Below are positions 31,858 to 42,600 of a stretch of 64,000 bases of DNA, piece by piece (positions within the stretch are counted from its first letter, which is position 1; every line of letters begins with the position of its first letter). Below the pieces are notes generated by a model. It was given only the letters and a program-made list of their open reading frames with translations. It searched no databases and had not been told where the DNA came from. A program made the translations under genes and the position numbers. This stretch comes from an uncultured Flavobacteriaceae bacterium (lineage in GTDB: Bacteria; Bacteroidota; Bacteroidia; Flavobacteriales; Flavobacteriaceae), in assembly GCA_964350765.1 (NCBI GenBank), contig CAYGMB010000002.1, forward strand, positions 22,774 through 86,773. Direction: 5' to 3'.

Positions 31858-34481
31858 TGAACAAAGAAATAAAATCATATAAATTATTAGACACTAACTT
31901 TCCTCCCAACCCTCCAATAAAGGATGCCAAACTATATGTTTTGAATCAATCTACTCAAAAAGTAGAGACGTACATAACAGATATGTTTGGAACGCCAAAA
32001 TCATTGAAAGACGACACAGGGGGAGGAACATATACATTTTATAGTTCTGACAATAGTATTACAATATCAGGAACTAATAATATAAATTTAATTTTAGAAA
32101 GTTCTTTGAAAGCACTAATAAATAGTGCACTACAGTCGGGAGACAATATATCTGAGTTGAATAATGATGTTGGATACATATCTTCTGTAACAGGAGATTG
32201 GACAGGAACATTTGATGGACAGGAAGGAAGTTATTATTTAGACTACAATAATTTTACAAATACTCCTACGATACCTTCTCAGTTATCTGATTTATCTGAT
32301 GTAAATACTTCCATACCTACAAATAGAAATGTTCTTGTAGCAGATGGTGTTGATTGGGAGAGCAGAGCTTTAACAGAAGCTGATATATCAGACCTACAAA
32401 CATATCTGACAACAGAGGTAAACGATTTAACTGCTGCTGTAGTGTGGACTAATGTACCTGATGCAAATATAACAGAATCTTCTGTAACACAACATGAAGC
32501 TGCATTAACAATCACAGAATCACAAATAAGTGATTTATCTCATTTTATACCAACAGATTTACCAACAGACTATGGTATTACATTAGGGACTGTAGCAACA
32601 TCAAATGATTATAATGATTTAGATAATTTACCAGTAGGTATTGTAGTAGTTAACACTTATGAAGATATACCTTTAGAAGAAGGTTGGTATTCTTGCCCTG
32701 TTCCCTCAAATATATATGCAGAAGTTTATGAATACGAAACAAATTCAAATGAAAATTTTCCTTTAAGTGAATATACTTTAAACAGTATAATAGTTGAAAG
32801 AGTTAAATTTACTAGGCCTATACCTCCATTTCCAGTAGTAGATGCTTATCAAGATAAAATATATTCGTTCAACAAAACATTAATTGGAACAATATATAAA
32901 GGCGTTAGTCCTTATAATGGAACAGAATTTATTTTAGATGAAAAATTTATAGAAACTACAATAGCAGAAAAAGGGTATAATTCAAATTTTTATATCAAAA
33001 GAATTTCTAATGGGTCTTTTGAAGCCTCTGCTCTTTTTAAAGGTGTTATGACGTTTAAATTAGCAGATGTATTTGATGGAGATAGGAATGTAGTAATCCC
33101 TTATGATATTATTGCTGAGATAATCAGTTCAGAAATATATGTTAATAAATTAAAACTATCTAATTACAAAATAGGATTAAATTCATCATTTGATTTTGTT
33201 AATAGATTAGTTATAATTGATGAGTCTGGTGTTTTTCAAAATTGTATTGGAAGTGAAGAAATAAAAATTTATATTGATTATAATCAACATAATAAAAGTT
33301 TTTTATATAAAGGTAAAATTACAAATGATTATTCTAATGTAGTTAATTTAGAGTATGGATTGCAAATTCATTCTCAATATATGAAACAAACTTTTACAGA
33401 AGCCTACTCTGCTTTTCCTGGAGTTGTTTACTGGAAAGATTCTCCTGAAATATCTGAGTTTTTAAATGACAAAAGATTACCTAAGGCTGTAAACGATTAT
33501 AATGTGGATTTGTTTTTTTCAGCTGAAACAGCACGTATGGCTCAGATTAAAAAGATGACAAATGTAAAATCATTTGGAATTATACCACATAATGATAATG
33601 TACTTGAAAGAATTGATTTAACAGATGCTATTGACAAATTCCCACCAAACTACATAGCTGTAACATCAAGAGCTGAAACAGACAACGACGGAACAGACCC
33701 ACTTGGAACATCTTACGGTTTTGGAGTGGAATTTAACGAGCCTACACTTAGCGCAGATTTAACAGGACAAGGCCTTACAGATTGGCCAGGGAGTACCGAG
33801 CACCAACAAAGCCCTGCCACGGCCATTGTAGCAGCAAAACTAAAGAAAATTAGAAACGAATCAGGAGCTCCTTGGGATATTGTTAGGCTTGCAGCCAGAC
33901 AAACAGCAAGTAACGCAGGTTCCTATAACATTTACAGAGGTTTTGGAGTAATTAATGTTACAGCTGCCATAGCTGCAATTCCATCTATGCTGGATGCCAG
34001 AAGCCTTGAATTAGCAGAGTATTTTGAAGCTACAAGTAAGTTTCCAAAAGAACTTAAATACGAGGACAAACTTAATAACACACCTGTAGTTAAGAGAGAT
34101 ATTGAAAACTACGAAGATTTTTTAAGGTTATCAATACCTTACACATCTCCACCACAAATTTTAAAAGGGAGTGTAATTTTTGAAAATTTAGCAAGATTTA
34201 CTTTTGGCTCATCATTTCAATTATGGTCAAATGGAAGTGAAGGTAGGGTGACATTATTAAATCATGATTTAAAAATCAATAATGGTAGCACGAACAGATT
34301 TACATTTGAAAGAACCACAGGAACTTTTAAAGCTAATAAATTTCATTTAAACGACCTTAACACAGCACCTTTAAATTCTACTGCAACAGGAGTAAAAGGA
34401 GAAATAAGAATTACAGCAGACTATATTTATGTTTGTGTGGCAACAAATACATGGAAAAGAACAGCTTTAAGTACATGGTAA
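31857..34481 (+). CDS. tail fibre-like protein with subtilisin (S8)-like domain (874 aa)
   Basis: Started at the TAATG-coupled ATG 31857. nt 33567-33990 encode YIAVTSRAE..., TSYGFGVEFNEP, STEHQQSPATAIVAAKLKKI and YRGFGVINVTAAI, colinear with the C-terminal half of S8 proteases. The C-terminal end is ...YIYVCVATNTWKRTALSTW. Confidence 0.5.
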   Translation: MNKEIKSYKLLDTNFPPNPPIKDAKLYVLNQSTQKVETYITDMFGTPKSLKDDTGGGTYTFYSSDNSITISGTNNINLILESSLKALINSALQSGDNISELNNDVGYISSVTGDWTGTFDGQEGSYYLDYNNFTNTPTIPSQLSDLSDVNTSIPTNRNVLVADGVDWESRALTEADISDLQTYLTTEVNDLTAAVVWTNVPDANITESSVTQHEAALTITESQISDLSHFIPTDLPTDYGITLGTVATSNDYNDLDNLPVGIVVVNTYEDIPLEEGWYSCPVPSNIYAEVYEYETNSNENFPLSEYTLNSIIVERVKFTRPIPPFPVVDAYQDKIYSFNKTLIGTIYKGVSPYNGTEFILDEKFIETTIAEKGYNSNFYIKRISNGSFEASALFKGVMTFKLADVFDGDRNVVIPYDIIAEIISSEIYVNKLKLSNYKIGLNSSFDFVNRLVIIDESGVFQNCIGSEEIKIYIDYNQHNKSFLYKGKITNDYSNVVNLEYGLQIHSQYMKQTFTEAYSAFPGVVYWKDSPEISEFLNDKRLPKAVNDYNVDLFFSAETARMAQIKKMTNVKSFGIIPHNDNVLERIDLTDAIDKFPPNYIAVTSRAETDNDGTDPLGTSYGFGVEFNEPTLSADLTGQGLTDWPGSTEHQQSPATAIVAAKLKKIRNESGAPWDIVRLAARQTASNAGSYNIYRGFGVINVTAAIAAIPSMLDARSLELAEYFEATSKFPKELKYEDKLNNTPVVKRDIENYEDFLRLSIPYTSPPQILKGSVIFENLARFTFGSSFQLWSNGSEGRVTLLNHDLKINNGSTNRFTFERTTGTFKANKFHLNDLNTAPLNSTATGVKGEIRITADYIYVCVATNTWKRTALSTW

Positions 34482-34579
34482 ATTATGGTCGCTTAATTAA
34501 ATATAAAAAAATGTATTAATAACTTAAAAACTATTAATCTAAGCCGAAGCAGCCTATTTTAAAATATAAAAAATAAAAT

Positions 34580-35020
34580 ATGAAAAATTGCAATAAAAAA
34601 ATAACAAACACATGTGGTGGGACAAAAAATTATGCACCATGTGTATATTATGAATTAGACTTACCCGACTTCTCTACAATAGAAGAAGACTGTGTAACAT
34701 TAGAAGATACTACCTTTGAGGTATACAACCTAATAAAAGACATAAGAGAACAATTAGACCTATCTGATTTAGGAGATGATTGTTTAACCTACACATTAGA
34801 TTCTGAAAATAGAATAGTAGTAAAAAACGCACTATTAAAAATAGAAGAAAAATATTGTGAATTAGAAGAAAAAGTAACTACATTAGAAAATAGAAATATT
34901 TGTGACATGCCTATCAATGATTGTATAGATTTAGGCACATTAGTAGACCAATGTGATGTAGCTCCAACTACATGGGGTGAGCTGATTCAATTGTTAGTAG
35001 ACCAACACCAAACACCTTAA
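34580..35020 (+). CDS. hypothetical Cys-rich protein (146 aa)
   Basis: ORF track. The N-terminal CGGT-x5-C-x4-ELDLP motif is shared with the next ORF. Confidence 0.5.
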   Translation: MKNCNKKITNTCGGTKNYAPCVYYELDLPDFSTIEEDCVTLEDTTFEVYNLIKDIREQLDLSDLGDDCLTYTLDSENRIVVKNALLKIEEKYCELEEKVTTLENRNICDMPINDCIDLGTLVDQCDVAPTTWGELIQLLVDQHQTP

Positions 35021-35026
35021 TAAAAA

Positions 35027-35383
35027 ATGAGCTGTAAACAAACAACAAATACACCAATAAATCAAGAGGAAGACCCATGTGGAGGTACACATGTATCTAC
35101 AGAATGTATAGTAGAACCTTCGGCATTACCTGAATTAGACTTACCTGCAAATAGTACGCAACAAGAAGTAAATTTAGCACTACAAACAGGATTATATACA
35201 GTACTAAATCAAGATTATAGATTATTAGGGTACACTGTAGCCACCCTCCCTGCTTACCCAAGTACAGGTACTATGGCGTATGTAACCGATGCAGATTCTC
35301 CTTCTTATTTAGCAAATGTAATAGGAGGTGGAAGCATTTTTTGCCCAGTGATATATAACGGTACAAATTGGATTTGCCATTAA
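35027..35383 (+). CDS. hypothetical Cys-containing protein (118 aa)
   Basis: ORF track. DPCGGTHVSTECIVEPSALPELDLP motif. Confidence 0.5.
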   Translation: MSCKQTTNTPINQEEDPCGGTHVSTECIVEPSALPELDLPANSTQQEVNLALQTGLYTVLNQDYRLLGYTVATLPAYPSTGTMAYVTDADSPSYLANVIGGGSIFCPVIYNGTNWICH

Positions 35384-35397
35384 AAATAAAATAGAAT

Positions 35398-37467
35398 ATG
35401 AGTTGTAATAATTGTAATAAAATAGTAGATTGTGGATGTAATACAAAAGAAAATTGCGTTCAACAAGATTGTTCGTGCCCAATAAAAGACTTCCCAACAG
35501 ACTGCATAAAGTATACAGGCCCTGATTTAGAATGTTCAGGAATAGAGTCTGATATAATATTAACAGACTTAATCCAACAGTTGGATGAATTTATATGTGA
35601 AAAATTTGATTTTGCCACAAATTATTTTCAATTAATTAATGTAGGAGGAGGAGCTGAAGTCTATAAAGGAGTAAATCTATCAGGAGCAAAAGAAATAAGA
35701 AGTATTACCAAAACAGGGGATTTAATAGTTGTTAGTCAAAACACAAACGATATAAATATAACTATCGATGAAGACGAATTAGTCAATTTTGTAGGAGGTA
35801 ATGAAAGTCTTTATGATGTAAATAATTTATCTGATGGAGCCGAAGTATATAAAGATAGTGTTACAGTAGGAAACACCACTACATTTAATTTAAGGTCTTT
35901 AAAATCCGACACTTTAGTAATAACTGAAAATGAAGACGACATAACTATAGAGACTAATGTAGTTGAACTACAAGATTTCATAGTGGACACAAGATTTTCA
36001 GGAGAAGTCTATGAAGAGAAAGGTACTTATGCAAAACCTTATAAAAATTTAGATAATGCCATTTTAGCATATATAGGCACAGGGACAAGATTGCAACCTG
36101 AATTTGAAGGAGCAAGGATATTGTGTATAGGAGGACAATCGCACACTTTTACAGAAAACTTAAGTATAAACAATCTTATATTAGAAATAGAAGATGGAAC
36201 CACAATAAGATATGTAGGGACAGATTTATACCCAATAGATTTCAGAACACTACAGACAACAACAGGTGGGTATGGAAACCAAAATAGGAACATAAAAATT
36301 ACACTGAAAGGGAAAGGTACTTTTATAACTGAAAAACTTCTTGCATACATAGTACATTCAGGAAGCTTGGTAACTGATAGCCCAAGATATTCAAACACAC
36401 TTATTATAGAAAATTTACAGGCACTGTCTATTTACAAGTTAGATGAGTTTAATGAAAACATAACAAAATCAGATTTGAGCCCTTGGATTAGCAACAGTCA
36501 ACCATGTACTTTTTATTTTGGAACAGTCAACGAACCAATGATAGTAGCAGAAGGACAAGATGTGTCAGACCCTATAGCAGATAATTTTTTAATGACCTCC
36601 TTGGAAATTACAGGCAGTATCATAACATGTATTTCACAACAGGTCATTAAAAACACCTCTTCTTATATTAGGTGTAAAAACACCACACTAAAACACAATC
36701 ATTCTTCGTCAGGTTTTACATATATAACAGCAGACGATACGGCATTAACAGGAACCGTATTAACAGAAAACCCTTTATTATCCAATACACTACCAAACTA
36801 CAAAGAAGATTTCTGTTTAATGTTTTTAGAAGGCTCTGCACGAACAGATATTCTGAACAGTACAATAAATACAAATTTTGATATCACCAAAGAAGAGGCA
36901 TATTATATAATAAACAATGATAATTGTAAAATAAACATACAGGACAGTGGAACGGAAATAGGGAGAGGAGGGTTAAATGCAGAGTATTTTATAAATGCAA
37001 GGACTTTTAATCCGAACATATTTATGAAAAATGTAACGTTAAACAGAAGCTTAAACCCATCGGGCAAATTTATAAATACCACCATAAACCCTTACTTAAA
37101 AGCAGATATTAAAGATTGCAATATAATAGAAATATTACCTAACAATATAGATTTAACAAGAGGTAATAATGTATCTACTGTAAATATTTTCAATAATAGA
37201 ATAATAGAAAGCCTTCAAAAGTTTAACAGCAGGGGAAGTGCCATTTCAGGGGGACTTTCTACAGGAAACATATTCATAAACAGAAAAACAATAACAACAG
37301 GAAATTTTGTAGTAGGAGAAGAATATGTAATAGCCAACGTAGGGGACACAGACTTCACTTTAATAGGAGCAACTGCAAATACTATAGGAACACATTTTAC
37401 AGCAACAGGAGTTGGAGGAGGTACAACAGGTACCGCTTATATTTATAAAAGAGATATAATACTTTAA
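35398..37467 (+). CDS. tail spike or fibre candidate (689 aa), Cys-rich N-terminus, shared C-terminal module
   Basis: N-terminal MSCNNCNKIVDCGCNTKENCVQQDCSC. Repetitive Asn/Thr/Ile-rich middle compatible with a beta-helix. Residues 635-680 (nt 37300-37437) GNFVVGEEYVIANVGDTDFTLIGATANTIGTHFTATGVGGGTTGTA. Confidence 0.5.
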   Translation: MSCNNCNKIVDCGCNTKENCVQQDCSCPIKDFPTDCIKYTGPDLECSGIESDIILTDLIQQLDEFICEKFDFATNYFQLINVGGGAEVYKGVNLSGAKEIRSITKTGDLIVVSQNTNDINITIDEDELVNFVGGNESLYDVNNLSDGAEVYKDSVTVGNTTTFNLRSLKSDTLVITENEDDITIETNVVELQDFIVDTRFSGEVYEEKGTYAKPYKNLDNAILAYIGTGTRLQPEFEGARILCIGGQSHTFTENLSINNLILEIEDGTTIRYVGTDLYPIDFRTLQTTTGGYGNQNRNIKITLKGKGTFITEKLLAYIVHSGSLVTDSPRYSNTLIIENLQALSIYKLDEFNENITKSDLSPWISNSQPCTFYFGTVNEPMIVAEGQDVSDPIADNFLMTSLEITGSIITCISQQVIKNTSSYIRCKNTTLKHNHSSSGFTYITADDTALTGTVLTENPLLSNTLPNYKEDFCLMFLEGSARTDILNSTINTNFDITKEEAYYIINNDNCKINIQDSGTEIGRGGLNAEYFINARTFNPNIFMKNVTLNRSLNPSGKFINTTINPYLKADIKDCNIIEILPNNIDLTRGNNVSTVNIFNNRIIESLQKFNSRGSAISGGLSTGNIFINRKTITTGNFVVGEEYVIANVGDTDFTLIGATANTIGTHFTATGVGGGTTGTAYIYKRDIIL

Positions 37468-37470
37468 AAC

Positions 37471-37529
37471 AAGGGTTTTTGGTTTTACCCTTTTCTTGGG
37501 AGGGCGATTGGAAACAGTCGCTCTTTTTG
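37471..37529 (+). terminator. tandem hairpins, the second with a T-run
   Basis: AAGGGT (37471-37476) / ACCCTT (37487-37492). Then GAGgGCGAtTG (37500-37510) - GAAA - CAgTCGCTC (37515-37523), followed by TTTTTG. Confidence 0.55.
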
Positions 37530-37564
37530 TATTAATTAATATTATTAAAATAGACTTAACAAAT

Positions 37565-37595
37565 TTTGATTAAAACAATACTTTAACTACATTTG
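37565..37595 (+). promoter_or_regulatory. Bacteroidetes-type promoter
   Basis: TTTG (37565-37568), 19-nt spacer, TACATTTG (37588-37595), 6 nt upstream of the ATG at 37602. Confidence 0.65.
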
Positions 37596-37601
37596 TAAAT
37601 T

Positions 37602-38270
37602 ATGACAAATATAGAATTCGTTTCACAGGTATTAGGAAGTTCAAATAATTTGAACAAAGATGAACATAGGTCAAGAAGACATGTGCTAAGTGTAGGTAGA
37701 GTCTACGCTAAAACACTTATATCTCAAAAGTTGTTAGATAGAACAATATTAAAAGATTTAAATTTATACACATCTTTGAAATGTGTAGAGTTTGAAGAAG
37801 AAGATGTTGTTAGGTGCCCATTAATAGAATTTAGAAGATGTAAAACATTGATGAAATCTAAAAAACCAATACCCGAACCTATTTTTAGCAGGTTAGGCTC
37901 TTCTATAATAAATATTGAAAATGTAGATGGAAGTATTCTATTAACAGAAATAGATAAAAAAAGGTATCAAAATAATAAGAACAGGAGATTTAAAGTGAGT
38001 GATGAAGTATATGTTTATTTAGGGACAGACAATCATTTATATATACCTGACCATGAAATATATTCGTTGAACTTAGACGTAATTACATTAAAAAATGATG
38101 AAGTAGATTGCTCTGAGTGTGAAAAAAATGATTGTAAAAGCGGATGGGAATATACATTTATATGTCCTGATAAGTTACTTGGTACTGTTATAGATATGAC
38201 ACAACAAAATATTTTTGGTAGCAGACAATTAGTTGAAGACCAAAACCCTACGGGCATAGAAAGACAATAA
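37602..38270 (+). CDS. hypothetical virion-module protein (222 aa)
   Basis: ORF track. First gene after promoter 37565-37595; TAATG junction downstream. Confidence 0.55.
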   Translation: MTNIEFVSQVLGSSNNLNKDEHRSRRHVLSVGRVYAKTLISQKLLDRTILKDLNLYTSLKCVEFEEEDVVRCPLIEFRRCKTLMKSKKPIPEPIFSRLGSSIINIENVDGSILLTEIDKKRYQNNKNRRFKVSDEVYVYLGTDNHLYIPDHEIYSLNLDVITLKNDEVDCSECEKNDCKSGWEYTFICPDKLLGTVIDMTQQNIFGSRQLVEDQNPTGIERQ

Positions 38271-38776
38271 TGTTTTTAGACTATAAAGATTTATCTTCAA
38301 GAGAGGCGTATGAGTACTACAAGGAAAATAGAAAATATGTTTCCAAGACAATAGACCAATATAACTATTTTAAAAAAGCTGTTGAAGGCATACTCAGATT
38401 GATAGCAAAACAGTTTTTAGATAATGAGGAAGGGGTTTGCATAAGAGATTTAGGTTATTTAGGAATGGTTCGAACAAAAGAGAAAGTAAAAACAAAGAAT
38501 CCATCAAAAGTAAGCCTCTTAAAAAAACACAATAAAAGATATAAATATAAACCTATACTTTTTACTGACATAATGTATGAAAATTGGCACATGGAATTTA
38601 CATTTTCACCTATTGTATATGAAAAATTAAACAAGAGCAAAGGGAAAAAGTATAAATTACATAAAACTCTTTGTGACAGTATAATAGTATCAGAAGATTT
38701 TATAAAAAAAGCCGAAGAGGTGAATAAAAAAAATCCTCAAAGAAACAAAAATTATAAAAAAGAAGCCCGAAAATAA
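38270..38776 (+). CDS. hypothetical basic protein (168 aa)
   Basis: ORF track; TAATG junctions on both sides. Confidence 0.55.
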   Translation: MFLDYKDLSSREAYEYYKENRKYVSKTIDQYNYFKKAVEGILRLIAKQFLDNEEGVCIRDLGYLGMVRTKEKVKTKNPSKVSLLKKHNKRYKYKPILFTDIMYENWHMEFTFSPIVYEKLNKSKGKKYKLHKTLCDSIIVSEDFIKKAEEVNKKNPQRNKNYKKEARK

Positions 38777-39645
38777 TGATTACATTATCAGAATTTACAG
38801 CAGAAATAATTGCACAGTTCCCTACATATGAAAAGGACATAGACAAAGTATCTATAAAAACAGATGTTATTGATAGGCTTAGAAAATTTGGCAATAATAT
38901 AGCACACTTAAATGAGTCCATAGAAGAGGTTGTAAACTCTAAACTAACACTTCCCGAAGACTTTAAATCTCTTAAGTTGGCCTTAAAAGTAAATCCCGTT
39001 GGTTATAATGTAGAAGGAGATAAGAAAAACATAACAGACTCTTATATTTATAAACAACGAATAGAAAACCCTGCATATTTTGATGAAATAAATCAAGAGT
39101 ATATAACAACTTGTGATTCTAAAATAATAACAGAAAAAATAACTATAAATAATTCTAATTTAAATTATTATTATACCCCTACATGGCTTTCTGTTACAAA
39201 AGGTTTTAATAAATCAGGATTTGGAGCAAATTGCCTAAATTTACATCCATCTATAAGAAACAGTTATCCGCACGAAATAAATATCAACGGTAGAACTTTA
39301 AATACTAACTTTTCAACAGGGCAAATATATATTCAATATTATGCTTTACCTACAGATGAAAATGGAGAGATAATTATACCTGAATATACTACAGGGGATA
39401 TTTATAACTATATCGAAACTTATGTTAAGTCAAGAATTGCTGAAAACCTTATTGCCAATAACTTAAACCCACAAGGTATAGTACAATTATACCCAACTTG
39501 GAAACAAGAGTTAAGGGAGTTAAAAGCTGCAGCACTAAAAGAATCTAAATTTAAAGGCGCAGGAAAGCAATGGCAAGAAAAACTTAAAAGAAGAAATAGA
39601 CAAGAGATAAGAAAATTTGAACTTCCTTTACTAAATTATAGATAA
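38776..39645 (+). CDS. hypothetical virion-module protein (289 aa)
   Basis: ORF track; coupled junctions. Confidence 0.55.
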   Translation: MITLSEFTAEIIAQFPTYEKDIDKVSIKTDVIDRLRKFGNNIAHLNESIEEVVNSKLTLPEDFKSLKLALKVNPVGYNVEGDKKNITDSYIYKQRIENPAYFDEINQEYITTCDSKIITEKITINNSNLNYYYTPTWLSVTKGFNKSGFGANCLNLHPSIRNSYPHEININGRTLNTNFSTGQIYIQYYALPTDENGEIIIPEYTTGDIYNYIETYVKSRIAENLIANNLNPQGIVQLYPTWKQELRELKAAALKESKFKGAGKQWQEKLKRRNRQEIRKFELPLLNYR

Positions 39646-39646
39646 T

Positions 39647-42600
39647 TTGAAAGAAAATAGAAACGGCTCTCTACCTAAAAGAGGTATGAAGAGAGACTTA
39701 CATATAAATCAATTACAGGAGACAGATTACTCTTTTGCACTAAATACAAATACAGAGCAAGAGACAGGAGAAGGTTTAAATTTAACAAACGAACCTTCAA
39801 ATTATCTTGCTGTGAACTTTCCCGAAGGCTACAAAGTTATTGGTAAAAGAAAGTATCTTCAAGGGAACAAAACTTTTTACATACTAACAAACCCTGAGAC
39901 TAAAAAGTCATCTATAGGATATGTAGATGATACATTAATAGAGTCTTTTAATGAAGACGAATATGTGAATTGTAGTGATTGCGAAGGAAAAAATATACTA
40001 TCAACTCCATTAGAAGAAACAACACAAACACCTACACGTACATATATAGAGCTTATAAACGATGAATGTCATGAAGTAGGAGAAGGGTTGAACTTAGATA
40101 TTAATTTTCCAATAAAATTTTTAAATATAAAAGTTGAAAAAGGGCAAGTAAATTTATATTGGAATGACTATAGAAATCCTCCAAGATGGCTAAATACAAC
40201 AAATGTAGGGTACTTATATACGGAGGTAATTCCTTGTGAAGAGGATGTGTCTACAGATTGCATTATAATAGATAAACTGTTACAGTTTCCAAAATATGGA
40301 AGCTTTAAAATAAACCCTGAGAAATTAGAGATAGGAGGTAATTTAAAAATGGGGTTATATGAATTTTATGGCGCATATTGTGATTTATACGGAAATAACA
40401 TATCTGAGTATTTTACACCCACCCAACCTATAAAAATATTCGATGAAAACAATAACATCCTATCACAAACAGAGTTAGATTCCTACACCAATTTTGCAAT
40501 CAAATTAAAAATAGAAGGTTTAAATATAAAACACCCTTATTACAAAATAGTTTGTGTTGAAAGAAACAATGTTTCAGGGACACAATCAGCATTTTTAGAA
40601 GGTATTCACCCAACAACAGATGACACTGTTCTATACACTTCTTCGGGAAGCTTAGATGACGATTTATATATTTCTTCAGGTAATAAAAGGTTAAAAAAAA
40701 GGATAGATTTATCAGAACTATATCAAATTAAAACAAAATATGAAAAGGCAAAAGGAACTACAGCAATAAATGGGCAACAATTTATGTGGGGGATGTACAA
40801 AAAACCAGAATTAAATCTACAGCCCGTAGTGAACTTGTTTGGGTCTTTACTCAAATGGCAAACAAGTGTAGCAAAAGAAGATTTATACAAAAGTGCTATT
40901 GCTACTTCTAAATATGTAGGATATATGAGAGATGAAGTACAACCTTTCTCATTTAGATTTTGGTTTAAAGATGGAGGGTATACATCTACATTCCCTATAA
41001 TAGGAAGACCCGCTTTCGAAGGAGATAAAGACACAATAAATGAAAACAACCCCATTAGAAAATCTTTAGAAGAAAATACCCCTAAGTGCACTTCTACAGA
41101 AAGAATAGAAAAATGGCAATTCTTAAACACAGCAACTCAATTAGGTATATGCGAAGCATCTGATGAAGTAGAGACCCAAACAATAACAGAAATTATAACA
41201 AGGAGTTGTACAATACCCGATGTGGCTACAATACCTCAAGGAACCACTGTACTTCAAATAAATGGAGATTATATTGATTTTCAAACTTACGTAAATGAAA
41301 ATTTAGAAGAAATAACAGACCCTGGTAGCGACTACTATATTCCCGAAATAGCAGATTACCTTACAGATGATTATCCTGAAATCCATTGTACTCCAAACTT
41401 CCAAGGGAGTTGTGGGGAACACTCTTTGATAGAGACGAAGATTACCATAGATTCTGTAGAAAATGAAACTTCGGAAACTATAAAAAAATGTCCTACAGAT
41501 TATATAAAGACTGTACCTGCATTACAATGCTACCCTTATAAAATAGACAGCTCTACAGGAGAGCCTGAAGTAGATTTAGAGTTTTCCGTTGGGTTCATGG
41601 GATGTGTAGATGCAGATAACTGTATAGATGTAGACCCATATCCTAAAGTATTTAAAAGAGAAAACACTTTCTATAATGATGATTGTAATTATGCTGCCGA
41701 TGTTATAAATAACAATAATCCACAACAAGCAGGTATAGGGTATTTTCATAAATATTACGGGGAAGAGCTTTTAGCAGACTTACTAACAACAAAAGATGTA
41801 ATATACTCCGATTCTGATTTTCAAAACAAACTTCATGTAGGAGCTATGTTTTGGAGAATAGAAAAAAACAACAGAGATTCTATCATTTTTGAAGTAACTA
41901 AAAGTACAACATGTGAAGAAGAAGATGTATTGGCAATAGGGACAACGTTGAGATATAATTTTTACAGTAATTGTAATTCTGACGACCCACTACCCATAAG
42001 TATTGTAACCCCAACAGACCCTGAAGATGAAACGTATTGCGAAGAATATGAAGTTCCTACGGCAGGGATATTTGATACCACAGAAGGACTTTTAATAGAA
42101 TTAGATACAACCAATTACCCCGATGTGTTTTATGTAGCCATAGACACACCTATAACTTCTGAAAATGTTTCTTCAAATCGTTCTTGTACAGAGGGAAATC
42201 CTTGGGATTGTACAGCAGGAGTTACTGTTAAATATAGAACCGCACCTACATGTGGATGTTTTAGTATATTCACAAGAGATATTGAATATTCTTTTGCAAA
42301 TGTTTCTTGGGATTCTATTATATTAAACAAATATGAAAAGTATGAGTCTAATTGTACTTTTGAAATACCATTAGTAGGGGATTGTGACCCCATACCTTCA
42401 TCTTATGGAGAGTTTGCATTCTATCAAAGTATAGAGGAATACCCCGACAACCCATATTTATTCGACAGTTCAAAACTCATAATCAAAGAAGAAGACCTCT
42501 TAGGCTTATCAGAAGAAGATAAACAAAGATTTGAATCTTTTTATACAGATAGTTTGGTTAATGAAACATATGTACTAAAAGAGGAAACCAATTTTACATG

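Noticed and set aside
29299-37437. Possible diversity-generating retroelement (template/variable repeat) suggested by the similar C-terminal modules of two fibre genes.
   Set aside because: The nucleotide differences between the two copies are spread over all four bases rather than confined to adenines. The copies are only moderately similar. No reverse transcriptase gene is present in the window.
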